Shown: piece after piece, positions 29,582-37,523 of the stretch
Position numbering within the stretch: the first letter of the stretch is position 1
How the letters are laid out: each line of letters starts with the position of its first letter
Sequence record: SRR31156797_2750
DNA: 64,000 bases
Direction: 5' to 3' (one strand)
Notes under the pieces: model-generated
The model's input: only the letters and a program-made list of their open reading frames with translations
Databases searched by the model: none
What the model was told of the DNA's origin: nothing
Position numbers and translations under genes: made by a program

Positions 29582-31177
29582 TTAGATGCTCAGCTTGGCG
29601 CTATCGGAGCGGCTCTTTAAGTACAAGTCGAACAGGATGCGCGACACGAAGATTGCCGTGAACATGGACGTTATGATGCCCAAGGTCAGTGTGACGGCGA
29701 AGCCGCGAACAGGTCCGGTACCGAATTGATAGAGGATGACTGCCGCAATGACCGTCGTCACGTTAGCGTCGAGGATGGTCAGGGTCGCCCTGCCATATCC
29801 TTCAGCTACGGCCTGCGATGCGGACAGGCCGCGTCGCAATTCCTCGCGGATGCGTTCGAAGATAATTACGTTGGCATCAACAGCCATACCGATAGTCAGA
29901 ATGATACCGGCAATACCCGGCAGAGTCAGCGTGGCGCCAAAAGCTGCCAGGCCGCCCATGATGAGCATGATATTGATGCAAAGCACAACGTCCGCTACCA
30001 GTCCGGCAAAGCCGTAGTAAATGGCCATGAAGCCAAGTACCATTGCCATACCGATGAAGGCGGACATGATGCCGTTGTCGATGGATTCCTGTCCCAAGGA
30101 CGGGCCTACACTACGCTGTTCCAGAATTTCAACCGGAGCAGGCAGAGAACCGGCGCGAAGTACTACTGCGAGGTCGCGGGCTTCTTCTCGGCTAAACTGG
30201 CCAGTAATGGAAGCACGTCCACCAGAGATACGCTCCTGAATGACTGGCGCGGAATACACTTTGCCGTCCAGAACGATGGCCATACGCTTGTTCACGTTGT
30301 CAGTCGTCAGGTTGGTGAAAATGGAACCACCGCGTGCATTAAATGTAATGGAAACATATGGAGCGTTCCAATTATCAAGAAGCACCTTGGCATCGGTTAC
30401 ATATTCACCGGTCAAGACCGCGTCACGTTTTAAAACGATTGCAGATTCGGCGTAATCACCGCTCGGCAATTTCTTGAGCAAAACGGAAAGCTCACGGCCG
30501 GGAGCAAGGATGCCTTGCTTGGCTTTGGCGATATCAGCAGTATCGTCCACCATCTTGAATTCAAGATGAGCGGTCTGGCCAATGATTTTGATTGCGCGTT
30601 CAGGATCTTGCAAACCGGGCAACTGCACTTGAATACGATTGTCCTGCTGTTTACGAATATCCGGTTCGGCAACACCGAACTGGTCAATCCTGTTGCGAAT
30701 GGTTTTGATCGCCTGCTCCATGGTCAGCTTTTCGATATCACTACGATATTGTGGTGATATGGACAGGATGTATTCTTCCTTACCGCCATCCATGATTTTG
30801 GTGTCTTCAATAGTGAACTGTGTGTAGTCAGTAATGACTTTTTCGAATGCCTCTTTCTGTTCACTTTTGAGAAGCACGACTTCGATTTGCGATTCATTCA
30901 AAACGTTTGGACGCAGAACAAAGATTTCTTTGTCGCGAGCCACGGCTTTGAGGTCGTCGCCGAGTCGGGCGAGGTTGTTGTCCATGGCGGTATCCATATC
31001 CACTCCAAGAGTGAGGTTGATACCACCTTTGAGGTCAAGGCCGAGGTTGATGGAGTCGCCTGGCAGAATTTTGCCTATTGCTGACTCCTTGAAGCCCGGT
31101 ATGGATGGCAGCATGTAGGCCAATCCAAGAACCAGGACGACGAGAGCCGTGACGGCTCTCCAACGCAAACTTTGCAT
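29582..31177 (-). CDS. secD: Protein translocase subunit SecD
   Basis: LGLDLKGG, RIDQFGVAEP, LRAGSLPA, VGPSLG, GMAVDANVIIFERIREE. ATG 31177 with SD GGGAG. Confidence 0.96.
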   Translation of the reverse strand: MQSLRWRAVTALVVLVLGLAYMLPSIPGFKESAIGKILPGDSINLGLDLKGGINLTLGVDMDTAMDNNLARLGDDLKAVARDKEIFVLRPNVLNESQIEVVLLKSEQKEAFEKVITDYTQFTIEDTKIMDGGKEEYILSISPQYRSDIEKLTMEQAIKTIRNRIDQFGVAEPDIRKQQDNRIQVQLPGLQDPERAIKIIGQTAHLEFKMVDDTADIAKAKQGILAPGRELSVLLKKLPSGDYAESAIVLKRDAVLTGEYVTDAKVLLDNWNAPYVSITFNARGGSIFTNLTTDNVNKRMAIVLDGKVYSAPVIQERISGGRASITGQFSREEARDLAVVLRAGSLPAPVEILEQRSVGPSLGQESIDNGIMSAFIGMAMVLGFMAIYYGFAGLVADVVLCINIMLIMGGLAAFGATLTLPGIAGIILTIGMAVDANVIIFERIREELRRGLSASQAVAEGYGRATLTILDANVTTVIAAVILYQFGTGPVRGFAVTLTLGIITSMFTAIFVSRILFDLYLKSRSDSAKLSI

Positions 31178-31307
31178 GAAAACTCCCTTAATACGAAATA
31201 GTTGCAACCTTTTTGCACCACCCTTGCAATAAACGCAAGTACGGACCGGGCCACGATAAAATCGTGGTCCGGTCCGTTAGGATGTCGCAAAAACTGGTTG
31301 CAAGAAC

Positions 31308-31658
31308 CTACTTTTTGTCAGCTGCCGGTGCGCCGCCGTCTTTGTCGGCAACAAATCCGCGCTTGATAACGACATTAACGCCGGTTGCAATCTCAATGGT
31401 GAGATTGTCGCCATCGATATTTACGATGGAGCCGAGAATGCCGCCATTGGTCCATACCTTATCACCCTTTTTCAGGGCTTCAAGCATGGCCTTGTGCGTC
31501 TTCTGCTTTTTTTGCTGAGGGCGAATGAGCAGAAAGTAGAAAATGGCGAACATGAGGACCAGCATGGGCAGCGGGCCGCCGAGAATGCCGCCCAGACCGC
31601 CTGCCTCGCCACCGCCCGCGGGCGGAGCCATGGCATAGGCTACGGAATCGAAGAACAT
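31308..31658 (-). CDS. yajC: Preprotein translocase subunit YajC
   Basis: FYFLLIRPQQKK, LKKGDKVWTNGGILG. Confidence 0.95.
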   Translation of the reverse strand: MFFDSVAYAMAPPAGGGEAGGLGGILGGPLPMLVLMFAIFYFLLIRPQQKKQKTHKAMLEALKKGDKVWTNGGILGSIVNIDGDNLTIEIATGVNVVIKRGFVADKDGGAPAADKK

Positions 31659-31704
31659 AGGTTCCTCCAGAAAAGGTTAATAATGTTGCAGTCTTCTGAG
31701 CTAT

Positions 31705-32466
31705 CTAACAGGGAACATACAGATTGCCGTACGGTCGATGTGAGAACGGACGAATCTTCACAAAGTTCTCACTCATTATTTCCGTGCTGTCCAGCTTCAA
31801 TTCGTTGGCGTAATCTTTAACTAAATCTTCAATAATTTTCAAATCTTCAGAATTCACGGGTTGAGCGTTCAAACCAGGACCGAGTTGATTCTCAGGAACG
31901 TCTCCGCGAACATAGATTACACCGCCATGCATTCCTGTACCGAGACTTCGTCCCGCCACAGGCGCATCAGACTTATCAGAAAACATACCCAAGAGCAAAA
32001 TAATTCCGCCAGCCATGTATTCTCCGAGGAAGTCCCCAGCTTTTCCACCAACAACAATTTTCGGTTGATGATCAAGGTAGGCTTTCATATGAATTCCGAC
32101 CCGGTAGCCTACATCACCTTTGATGAATATTTCGCCGCCACGCATAGCGTACCCGATGACATCCCCAGCAATCCCTTCAATGATGATGCGGCCATTATCC
32201 ATGGTATTCCCGACACCATCCTGAGCATTGTTATGAATACGGATTTTGGGGCCACGCATAAATGCTCCCAGATCCTGTCCCGGAACACCATAAACATCAA
32301 ATGTCAGGTCCCCTTCCAAGGCCGTGGCGATATAACGCTGCCCATTGCATTCCTTGAGAGTGAAATCGGTCACGCCGTTTTTGATAAGTTCTCGAATTTC
32401 TTCGTTAAACTGCTTGTAGTATGTCCGCCCTGCCGTGAGGGTCTTCTTTTTTCTTTTGGCTGTCAT
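31705..32466 (-). CDS. Glutamate synthase GXGXG (C-terminal beta-helix) domain protein, stand-alone
   Basis: NGQRYI, GVPGQDLGAFM, GDVIGYAMRGG, GDFLGEYMAGG, GTGMHGG. Confidence 0.88.
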   Translation of the reverse strand: MTAKRKKKTLTAGRTYYKQFNEEIRELIKNGVTDFTLKECNGQRYIATALEGDLTFDVYGVPGQDLGAFMRGPKIRIHNNAQDGVGNTMDNGRIIIEGIAGDVIGYAMRGGEIFIKGDVGYRVGIHMKAYLDHQPKIVVGGKAGDFLGEYMAGGIILLLGMFSDKSDAPVAGRSLGTGMHGGVIYVRGDVPENQLGPGLNAQPVNSEDLKIIEDLVKDYANELKLDSTEIMSENFVKIRPFSHRPYGNLYVPC

Positions 32467-33564
32467 TTAATCCTCCAGATCCACGATGACGGGTTCGCCC
32501 GCCTTGGGCATCCAGACTCTATCCAGTTCTGGGCAAACATCACGCACTGCCGATTCCTCGGAAGACATGAAGACCATGTCATCTTTTTCAGCCACCAGCA
32601 GCGGTCTGAGCTTAATGCGGTCGTTTAGTCCCATGAGCCGGTTGTTGTCTGCGACCAGAATGGCAAAGGGACCGTTGAGCATGCCAGGACCATAAGTAGC
32701 GCGAAGTGTCGTGTACAATTCTTTATCTTCGTCATCCATACGTTCGATTTCATCCCAGAAAGGCGGCGCAAAGCATTTTGCCGTCATTTCCCAAGACAGA
32801 CCGTGTTTACGGATGAGCATGTCCAACTCATAGGCCACGACTTCAGTATCTGTCATCATGGTGCAGAGATAATCATGTTCACACAAGTAACGCCGATTAA
32901 TGCCATAAGATGAAATTTCACCGTTGTGGACAATAGACCAATTCAGGATGGTGAACGGATGTGCTCCACCCCACCAACCGGGAGTATTCGTCGGAAAACG
33001 GTTATGGCCAGTCCAGATATAGGCCGAGTATTCTTCCAAGCGAAAGAATTCAGCGATATCTTCAGGAAAGCCAACCCCTTTGAATGCCCCCATGTTTTTA
33101 CCACTGGATACGACAAATGCGCCGGCAACGGTGGTGTTAATTTTCATGACCACGGCAACGATGTAATCCTCTTCCGGCAATTCCCAAAATTCGTTGTCTG
33201 GTTTTTCAGGTACAGTTACGAAATACCGATTGAACTTCGGCGGATTGGGAATAGCTAAAGTCCGTCGTGTAGGGATCGGTTCGTAATAATGCAGATCAAA
33301 ATATTGTTTGATCATTTCTTCCGAACCTTTGATGGCAGCATCGTCATCACACATCATGTGGAAGCAGTATTTGTCTGCATGATCAGGGTATATGCCGTAG
33401 GCAGCAAATCCGCCACCAAGGCCGTTTCCTCGATCATGCATACAAGCCATGGCTTGAATAGGCATGTCACCCGGAATCAATCCACGTTTCTTGTTGATGA
33501 CGCCGAATATTCCGCAACCGGAAATATCCTTTTCGAAATCATAATATCTATCAGGCGCTTTCAT
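32467..33564 (-). CDS. Class II glutamine amidotransferase, stand-alone glutamate synthase domain 1
   Basis: SGCGIFG (Ntn Cys after a short propeptide), HNRFPTNT, AHPF, HNGEISSY, TDTEV, DRIKLRP. Confidence 0.9.
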   Translation of the reverse strand: MKAPDRYYDFEKDISGCGIFGVINKKRGLIPGDMPIQAMACMHDRGNGLGGGFAAYGIYPDHADKYCFHMMCDDDAAIKGSEEMIKQYFDLHYYEPIPTRRTLAIPNPPKFNRYFVTVPEKPDNEFWELPEEDYIVAVVMKINTTVAGAFVVSSGKNMGAFKGVGFPEDIAEFFRLEEYSAYIWTGHNRFPTNTPGWWGGAHPFTILNWSIVHNGEISSYGINRRYLCEHDYLCTMMTDTEVVAYELDMLIRKHGLSWEMTAKCFAPPFWDEIERMDDEDKELYTTLRATYGPGMLNGPFAILVADNNRLMGLNDRIKLRPLLVAEKDDMVFMSSEESAVRDVCPELDRVWMPKAGEPVIVDLED

Positions 33565-33587
33565 GTAATCCTCTCAGAAATCGCTAA

Positions 33588-34862
33588 TTACGCTTCGGGG
33601 TTCCAGGTTTTCCGGAAGAAATCATCAGGCCACATAAGCACATCAGGCTCACCGGCCAAAAGTTGCTTCTTGGCCTCTTCTGGGATGGGCATCTGGAATT
33701 TGACAAATGCGGTATACATACCCGCCATATCGATATCACCCACCAGAACATAGCCCACTAGATGGTCGTTTTGAAAGACCAGCTTGCGGTAGCTTTTTTT
33801 CTTTTCATCTAAAGTGATAGAGGCCGTATACGACTCGTCTCCTTCGGGGGGATTGACCGTTCCAACCGAAATAGTTGGCAGGCCATAGAACGAGATGGAA
33901 TTCATGGCCAATGACCCTTTGAACTCTATATCTGTGCCAGTCATGTTTTTACCGGCACAGAAGCCTTGATTGTAGGCATTTGTCCAGATGGGGATGACCC
34001 GATCATCACCGAACAGCAAATCTTTGGCCTGAGCGACATCGCCCGCCGCAAATATGCCGTCGGCGCTGGTGCGCATATGGTCATCTACATGAATGCCTCG
34101 GTCCACTTCGATACCAGCATTTTTGGCCAGTCCATAATTGGGAACAACGCCGATGGCGATGACCACCACATCGGTCTGCAAGAAATCGCCGTCAGTCAGG
34201 TGGACACCCTTGAGCTTGCCGTCCGCATCTCGTTGAATTTCCTTAGCCGAAACGCCGCAGCGGACGTTCAGGCCGACTTCAGCAAGCCGTGAACCGGCCA
34301 GCGAAGCAGCGTTTTCATCAAAAGCAAGACTGAGTATGCGGGGAGACAGTTCCAGAATGGTGACGTCAACACCGCGATCAAATAGGGATTCACCGGCTTT
34401 CAGGCCAATAAGTCCGCCTCCGATGACAACAGCCCTTTTTATTTCCTTGGCTTTGGAAATAAGCGTCTGTGCATGTTCAAGATTGGTGAAGTTATACACG
34501 TCGGTACCATCAGACCCCGGAATGGGAGGTGTGAACGGGATACCGCCCGTGGCAACAAGTAGATTTTCGAATTCAATGGTCTCGCCTTTATCAGTGGTCA
34601 CGGTCTTGGCCTTGGAATCAATGCCAGTGACTGTTGTGCCAAGCTTAAGGGAAACTTTGCTTTTTTCATAAAATTCCTGAGGGCGAAGTGCCAAACGGTC
34701 TGGCCCTATCTTGCCTGCAAGGAGGTAGGAAATGAGCGGACGACCATATGCCGGAGAATCCTCGGCACCGATAATCAGGATCTCGTTGTCGGTATCTACT
34801 TTGCGGATACCCTCGATGGCACCGATGGAAGCGATGCCATTACCAATGATGACGTATTTCAT
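33588..34862 (-). CDS. NAD(P)/FAD-dependent oxidoreductase (NirB N-terminal / rubredoxin-reductase-like)
   Basis: IIGNGIA, VATGG, VIGGGLIG, AIGVVPN, FAAGDVA. Confidence 0.88.
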   Translation of the reverse strand: MKYVIIGNGIASIGAIEGIRKVDTDNEILIIGAEDSPAYGRPLISYLLAGKIGPDRLALRPQEFYEKSKVSLKLGTTVTGIDSKAKTVTTDKGETIEFENLLVATGGIPFTPPIPGSDGTDVYNFTNLEHAQTLISKAKEIKRAVVIGGGLIGLKAGESLFDRGVDVTILELSPRILSLAFDENAASLAGSRLAEVGLNVRCGVSAKEIQRDADGKLKGVHLTDGDFLQTDVVVIAIGVVPNYGLAKNAGIEVDRGIHVDDHMRTSADGIFAAGDVAQAKDLLFGDDRVIPIWTNAYNQGFCAGKNMTGTDIEFKGSLAMNSISFYGLPTISVGTVNPPEGDESYTASITLDEKKKSYRKLVFQNDHLVGYVLVGDIDMAGMYTAFVKFQMPIPEEAKKQLLAGEPDVLMWPDDFFRKTWNPEA

Positions 34863-34871
34863 GATCGCTTC

Positions 34872-35318
34872 CTACCTTTCCTCGAATTTTAGGGCTTGAT
34901 TAGGGCAGGCCTGAACACAAGCTGGGCCTTCTTCACGTCCTTCACACAGGTCACATTTGACGATTTTACTCTCTGTGGGATGTCTACGAATAGCTCCATA
35001 TGGACATGCCATGAGGCAGGACCAGCAACCAACGCATTTATTCCGATCATATACGGTGCGCCCGGTTTCTGGATCTTTGTGTAAACCTCCGGAAATACAA
35101 GCAGCTACACATGAGGGTTCGTCACAGTGACGACAGCTGATAGCAACGCAGGTATCGCCTTTTTCAAAGACTTTTTTACAAGGAGACAGACCATCTTTGC
35201 TCCGCTCTTCGCGGTAAGCGACAATCAAATCCTTGGATTTTGAATGTGCAGTGATACAAGCCAACTCGCAAAGATGGCAGCCAATACAGTAATCTTTATC
35301 CGGATAGACTCTTTTCAT
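34872..35318 (-). CDS. 4Fe-4S multicluster electron-transfer protein (CooF/DmsB-like)
   Basis: CIGCHLCELAC, CRHCDEPSCVAAC, CVGCWSCLMACP, KCDLC...ACVQACP. Confidence 0.9.
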   Translation of the reverse strand: MKRVYPDKDYCIGCHLCELACITAHSKSKDLIVAYREERSKDGLSPCKKVFEKGDTCVAISCRHCDEPSCVAACISGGLHKDPETGRTVYDRNKCVGCWSCLMACPYGAIRRHPTESKIVKCDLCEGREEGPACVQACPNQALKFEER

Positions 35319-35330
35319 GGTGTCCTCCGC

Positions 35331-36860
35331 TTAACGCCCGGCATGCTTGATGCCGAGAATGTCGAGTTCAGTGTCGGAAATACCCACACCGCGAAGCTTA
35401 TCACGGTTGCCGCGTAGGGATTCAATTGAGTTTAGTCCCATGCCGCCAAGCATTTCTTCGATTTCATGGCCCCAAGCCCGAATGAGGTTGGTCAATTTTT
35501 TTGCCGCGATATCCGGGTTCTGACGTTTGGACAGCTTGGGATCGTTAGTGGCGATGCCCCATGGACATTTACCGGTGTAACAACGTCCGCAAATGGTACA
35601 ACCGACAGCAATCAGGGTCGCTGTACCGATGTAGACAGCGTCAGCGCCAAGAGCGATGGCCTTGACCACATCTCCGGCACATCTAATACCACCCGCTGCA
35701 ACGATGGAGACATTGTTGCGGATTCCTTCGTCGCGAAGACGTTGGTCAACCTGTGCCAAAGCCAGCTCAATGGGAATACCGACGTTGTCTCGAATCATGG
35801 CTGGTGCCGCGCCTGTTCCGCCTCGCATACCGTCAACGGTAATAATATCTGCACCAGCCCGGGCAATACCGGAGGCGATAGCAGCAACATTATGTACCGC
35901 GGCAATTTTGACAGAAACCGGGACCTTGTATTCGGAGGCCTCTTTTAATGCGTAAATGAGCTGAAGCAGGTCTTCGATGGAATATATATCGTGATGCGGT
36001 GCCGGAGAAATTGCGTCTGAACCAATGGGGACCATTCGCGTTTCTGACACCATGTCATTGATTTTTTCACCGGGCAGATGACCGCCAATACCAGGCTTTG
36101 CGCCCTGCCCTACTTTGATTTCAATACCTGCACCAGCTTTGAGATAGTCAAGATGTACGCCGAAACGACCGGACGCTACCTGCACGATGGTGTTTTTACC
36201 ATATTTGTATAATGACTTGTGTAAACCGCCTTCACCTGTGTTGTAAGCAGTGCCGGTTGCTGTGGCAGCTCGAGCCATTGCACGGTGAAGGTTGAAGTTG
36301 ATGGCACCAAAGCTCATGGCAGCGAACATGATTGGTATATCAAGTTCAAGCTGCGGTGTAAGTTTGGTATTCAGCTTGGGCTTGCCGGTCTTTTTATCTG
36401 TTGTAATATCCAACTTTCTGGGCTTCGCGCCAAGAAATGTTTTGAGTTCCATGGGTTCGCGCAGTGGATCAATGGAGGGATTGGTGACCTGACTGGCGTC
36501 GAGCAACATGCGATCCCAGTATACGGGAATATCCACGGGAGAGCCCATTCCGGCTAGAAGAACACCACCAGTGTCAGCCTGTTTATATATATTCTGTAAG
36601 AATACGGGACGCCACAGATTGTTGGTTCTGAAGTCGGAAGGCTTGTTAACAATGTTTAGGGCAGCCGTGGGGCACAAGGCCTCACAACGATGACAGCCAA
36701 TACACTTGGTGTTGTCGTGCATGACTTTTTGTCGGGCCTCATCCCAATAATGTGCTTCATATGAACATTGGCGGACACAGACCTTGCAATTGATGCACAG
36801 GTCTTTGTCCCGTTCAATACAAAACTCATGGTAATTTTTGTTGATGGGCTGAAAAAGCAA
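35331..36860 (-). CDS. Archaeal-type glutamate synthase FMN subunit with N-terminal 2x[4Fe-4S] domain
   Basis: Two CxxCxxCxxxC motifs, AMSFGA, NTGEGG, QVASGRFGV, EIKVGQGAKPGIGGHLPGEK, SPAPHHDIYSIEDL, GCTICGRCYTGKCPWGIAT. TTG 36860 after SD AGAGG. Confidence 0.92.
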   Translation of the reverse strand: MLFQPINKNYHEFCIERDKDLCINCKVCVRQCSYEAHYWDEARQKVMHDNTKCIGCHRCEALCPTAALNIVNKPSDFRTNNLWRPVFLQNIYKQADTGGVLLAGMGSPVDIPVYWDRMLLDASQVTNPSIDPLREPMELKTFLGAKPRKLDITTDKKTGKPKLNTKLTPQLELDIPIMFAAMSFGAINFNLHRAMARAATATGTAYNTGEGGLHKSLYKYGKNTIVQVASGRFGVHLDYLKAGAGIEIKVGQGAKPGIGGHLPGEKINDMVSETRMVPIGSDAISPAPHHDIYSIEDLLQLIYALKEASEYKVPVSVKIAAVHNVAAIASGIARAGADIITVDGMRGGTGAAPAMIRDNVGIPIELALAQVDQRLRDEGIRNNVSIVAAGGIRCAGDVVKAIALGADAVYIGTATLIAVGCTICGRCYTGKCPWGIATNDPKLSKRQNPDIAAKKLTNLIRAWGHEIEEMLGGMGLNSIESLRGNRDKLRGVGISDTELDILGIKHAGR

Positions 36861-37137
36861 GACTGATACCTCTTTACGTTTGTTGCCAAAAAAGTCATCT
36901 CGCATTCAAGATGATTGGAACTTGGCCTTAAACTTTTCACAATTCGGGGAATATTGAGAGTCCTCCGAAGAGAAAATAGAAAAACACAAGTACTATTACC
37001 CTGTCAAGAGAAGTTTTAACCATCTGTATTTATTGGTTTTGTAAATAAATGACAAAGTTGAAAACAGGCTAAAAGAGTCTGAAATAGCTTAAAAGCTGCA
37101 AAAAAAGCAGCTTAATATGTGCAGATCCTTCGCCTCC

Positions 37138-37166
37138 TTGACTTTGCGAGCGTCTAACCGTAAGAA
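37138..37166 (+). promoter_or_regulatory. Putative sigma70 promoter of the leader-symporter transcript
   Basis: TTGACT-17 nt-TAAGAA, the same pattern as the adk and dapL candidate promoters. Confidence 0.55.
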
Positions 37167-37173
37167 GTAAGCC

Positions 37174-37263
37174 ATGAACACGTACCAAAACCGCTTTAGC
37201 TTCTTTTCCTTTTTTAGCTTTCGCTTTTTTAGAAGCGCCTGCGGTCTTGGGGTGTACGTGTAA
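37174..37263 (+). CDS. Phenylalanine-rich attenuator leader peptide (29 aa)
   Basis: Hand translation MNTYQNRFSFFSFFSFRFFRSACGLGVYV*; 8 Phe within codons 8-19; followed by antiterminator and terminator. Confidence 0.85.
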   Translation: MNTYQNRFSFFSFFSFRFFRSACGLGVYV

Positions 37264-37304
37264 CAACTAATTTTACATGACATCCACAACAAGGGCCGTA
37301 GGCG
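37236..37304 (+). promoter_or_regulatory. Antiterminator hairpin of the attenuator
   Basis: 37236-37248 pairs with 37292-37304 (13 pairs, 3 G-U); 37250-37263 pairs with 37273-37285. Confidence 0.8.
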
Positions 37305-37328
37305 ACAAGCTTACGGCCCTTTTCTCTT
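37291..37328 (+). terminator. Attenuator terminator
   Basis: aagggccgtaggc gacaa gcttacggccctt then ttctctt; lies upstream of, not after, the structural genes. Confidence 0.85.
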
Positions 37329-37376
37329 GTGCCGCAAGCTTGATGCTACGGCCCGAAACAACGAGGGGCATCCGTT

Positions 37377-37523
37377 ATGATGTTGGGTTTCGGGAGTGTT
37401 GAGATCGCATTGGCGTTTTGGCTGAGCATTGGTGCGACTATTTTGTGTGTAGTTTACGGAATTGTGAATTGGAACAATTCTGGCGAGCCTACAAAGATCG
37501 TAAAATTCGGGGAGGATCGGTAA
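37377..37523 (+). CDS. Small single-TM symporter accessory protein (48 aa)
   Basis: MMLGFGSVEIALAFWLSIGATILCVVYGIVNWNNSGEPTKIVKFGEDR*; SD GAGGGG; its stop abuts the symporter ATG (TAAATG). Below the ORF-track size cutoff. Confidence 0.85.
   Translation: MMLGFGSVEIALAFWLSIGATILCVVYGIVNWNNSGEPTKIVKFGEDR

Noticed and set aside
37038-37056. TTTGT-N9-ACAAA as a GlnR/TnrA or TyrR box
   Set aside because: Half-site spacing does not match either consensus, and the AT-rich context makes a chance match likely.
37069-37292. Two Lys-rich minus-strand ORFs (65 and 67 aa)
   Set aside because: They are the reverse complement of the Phe (TTT/TTC) leader codons; the + strand reading explains the composition and the hairpins.
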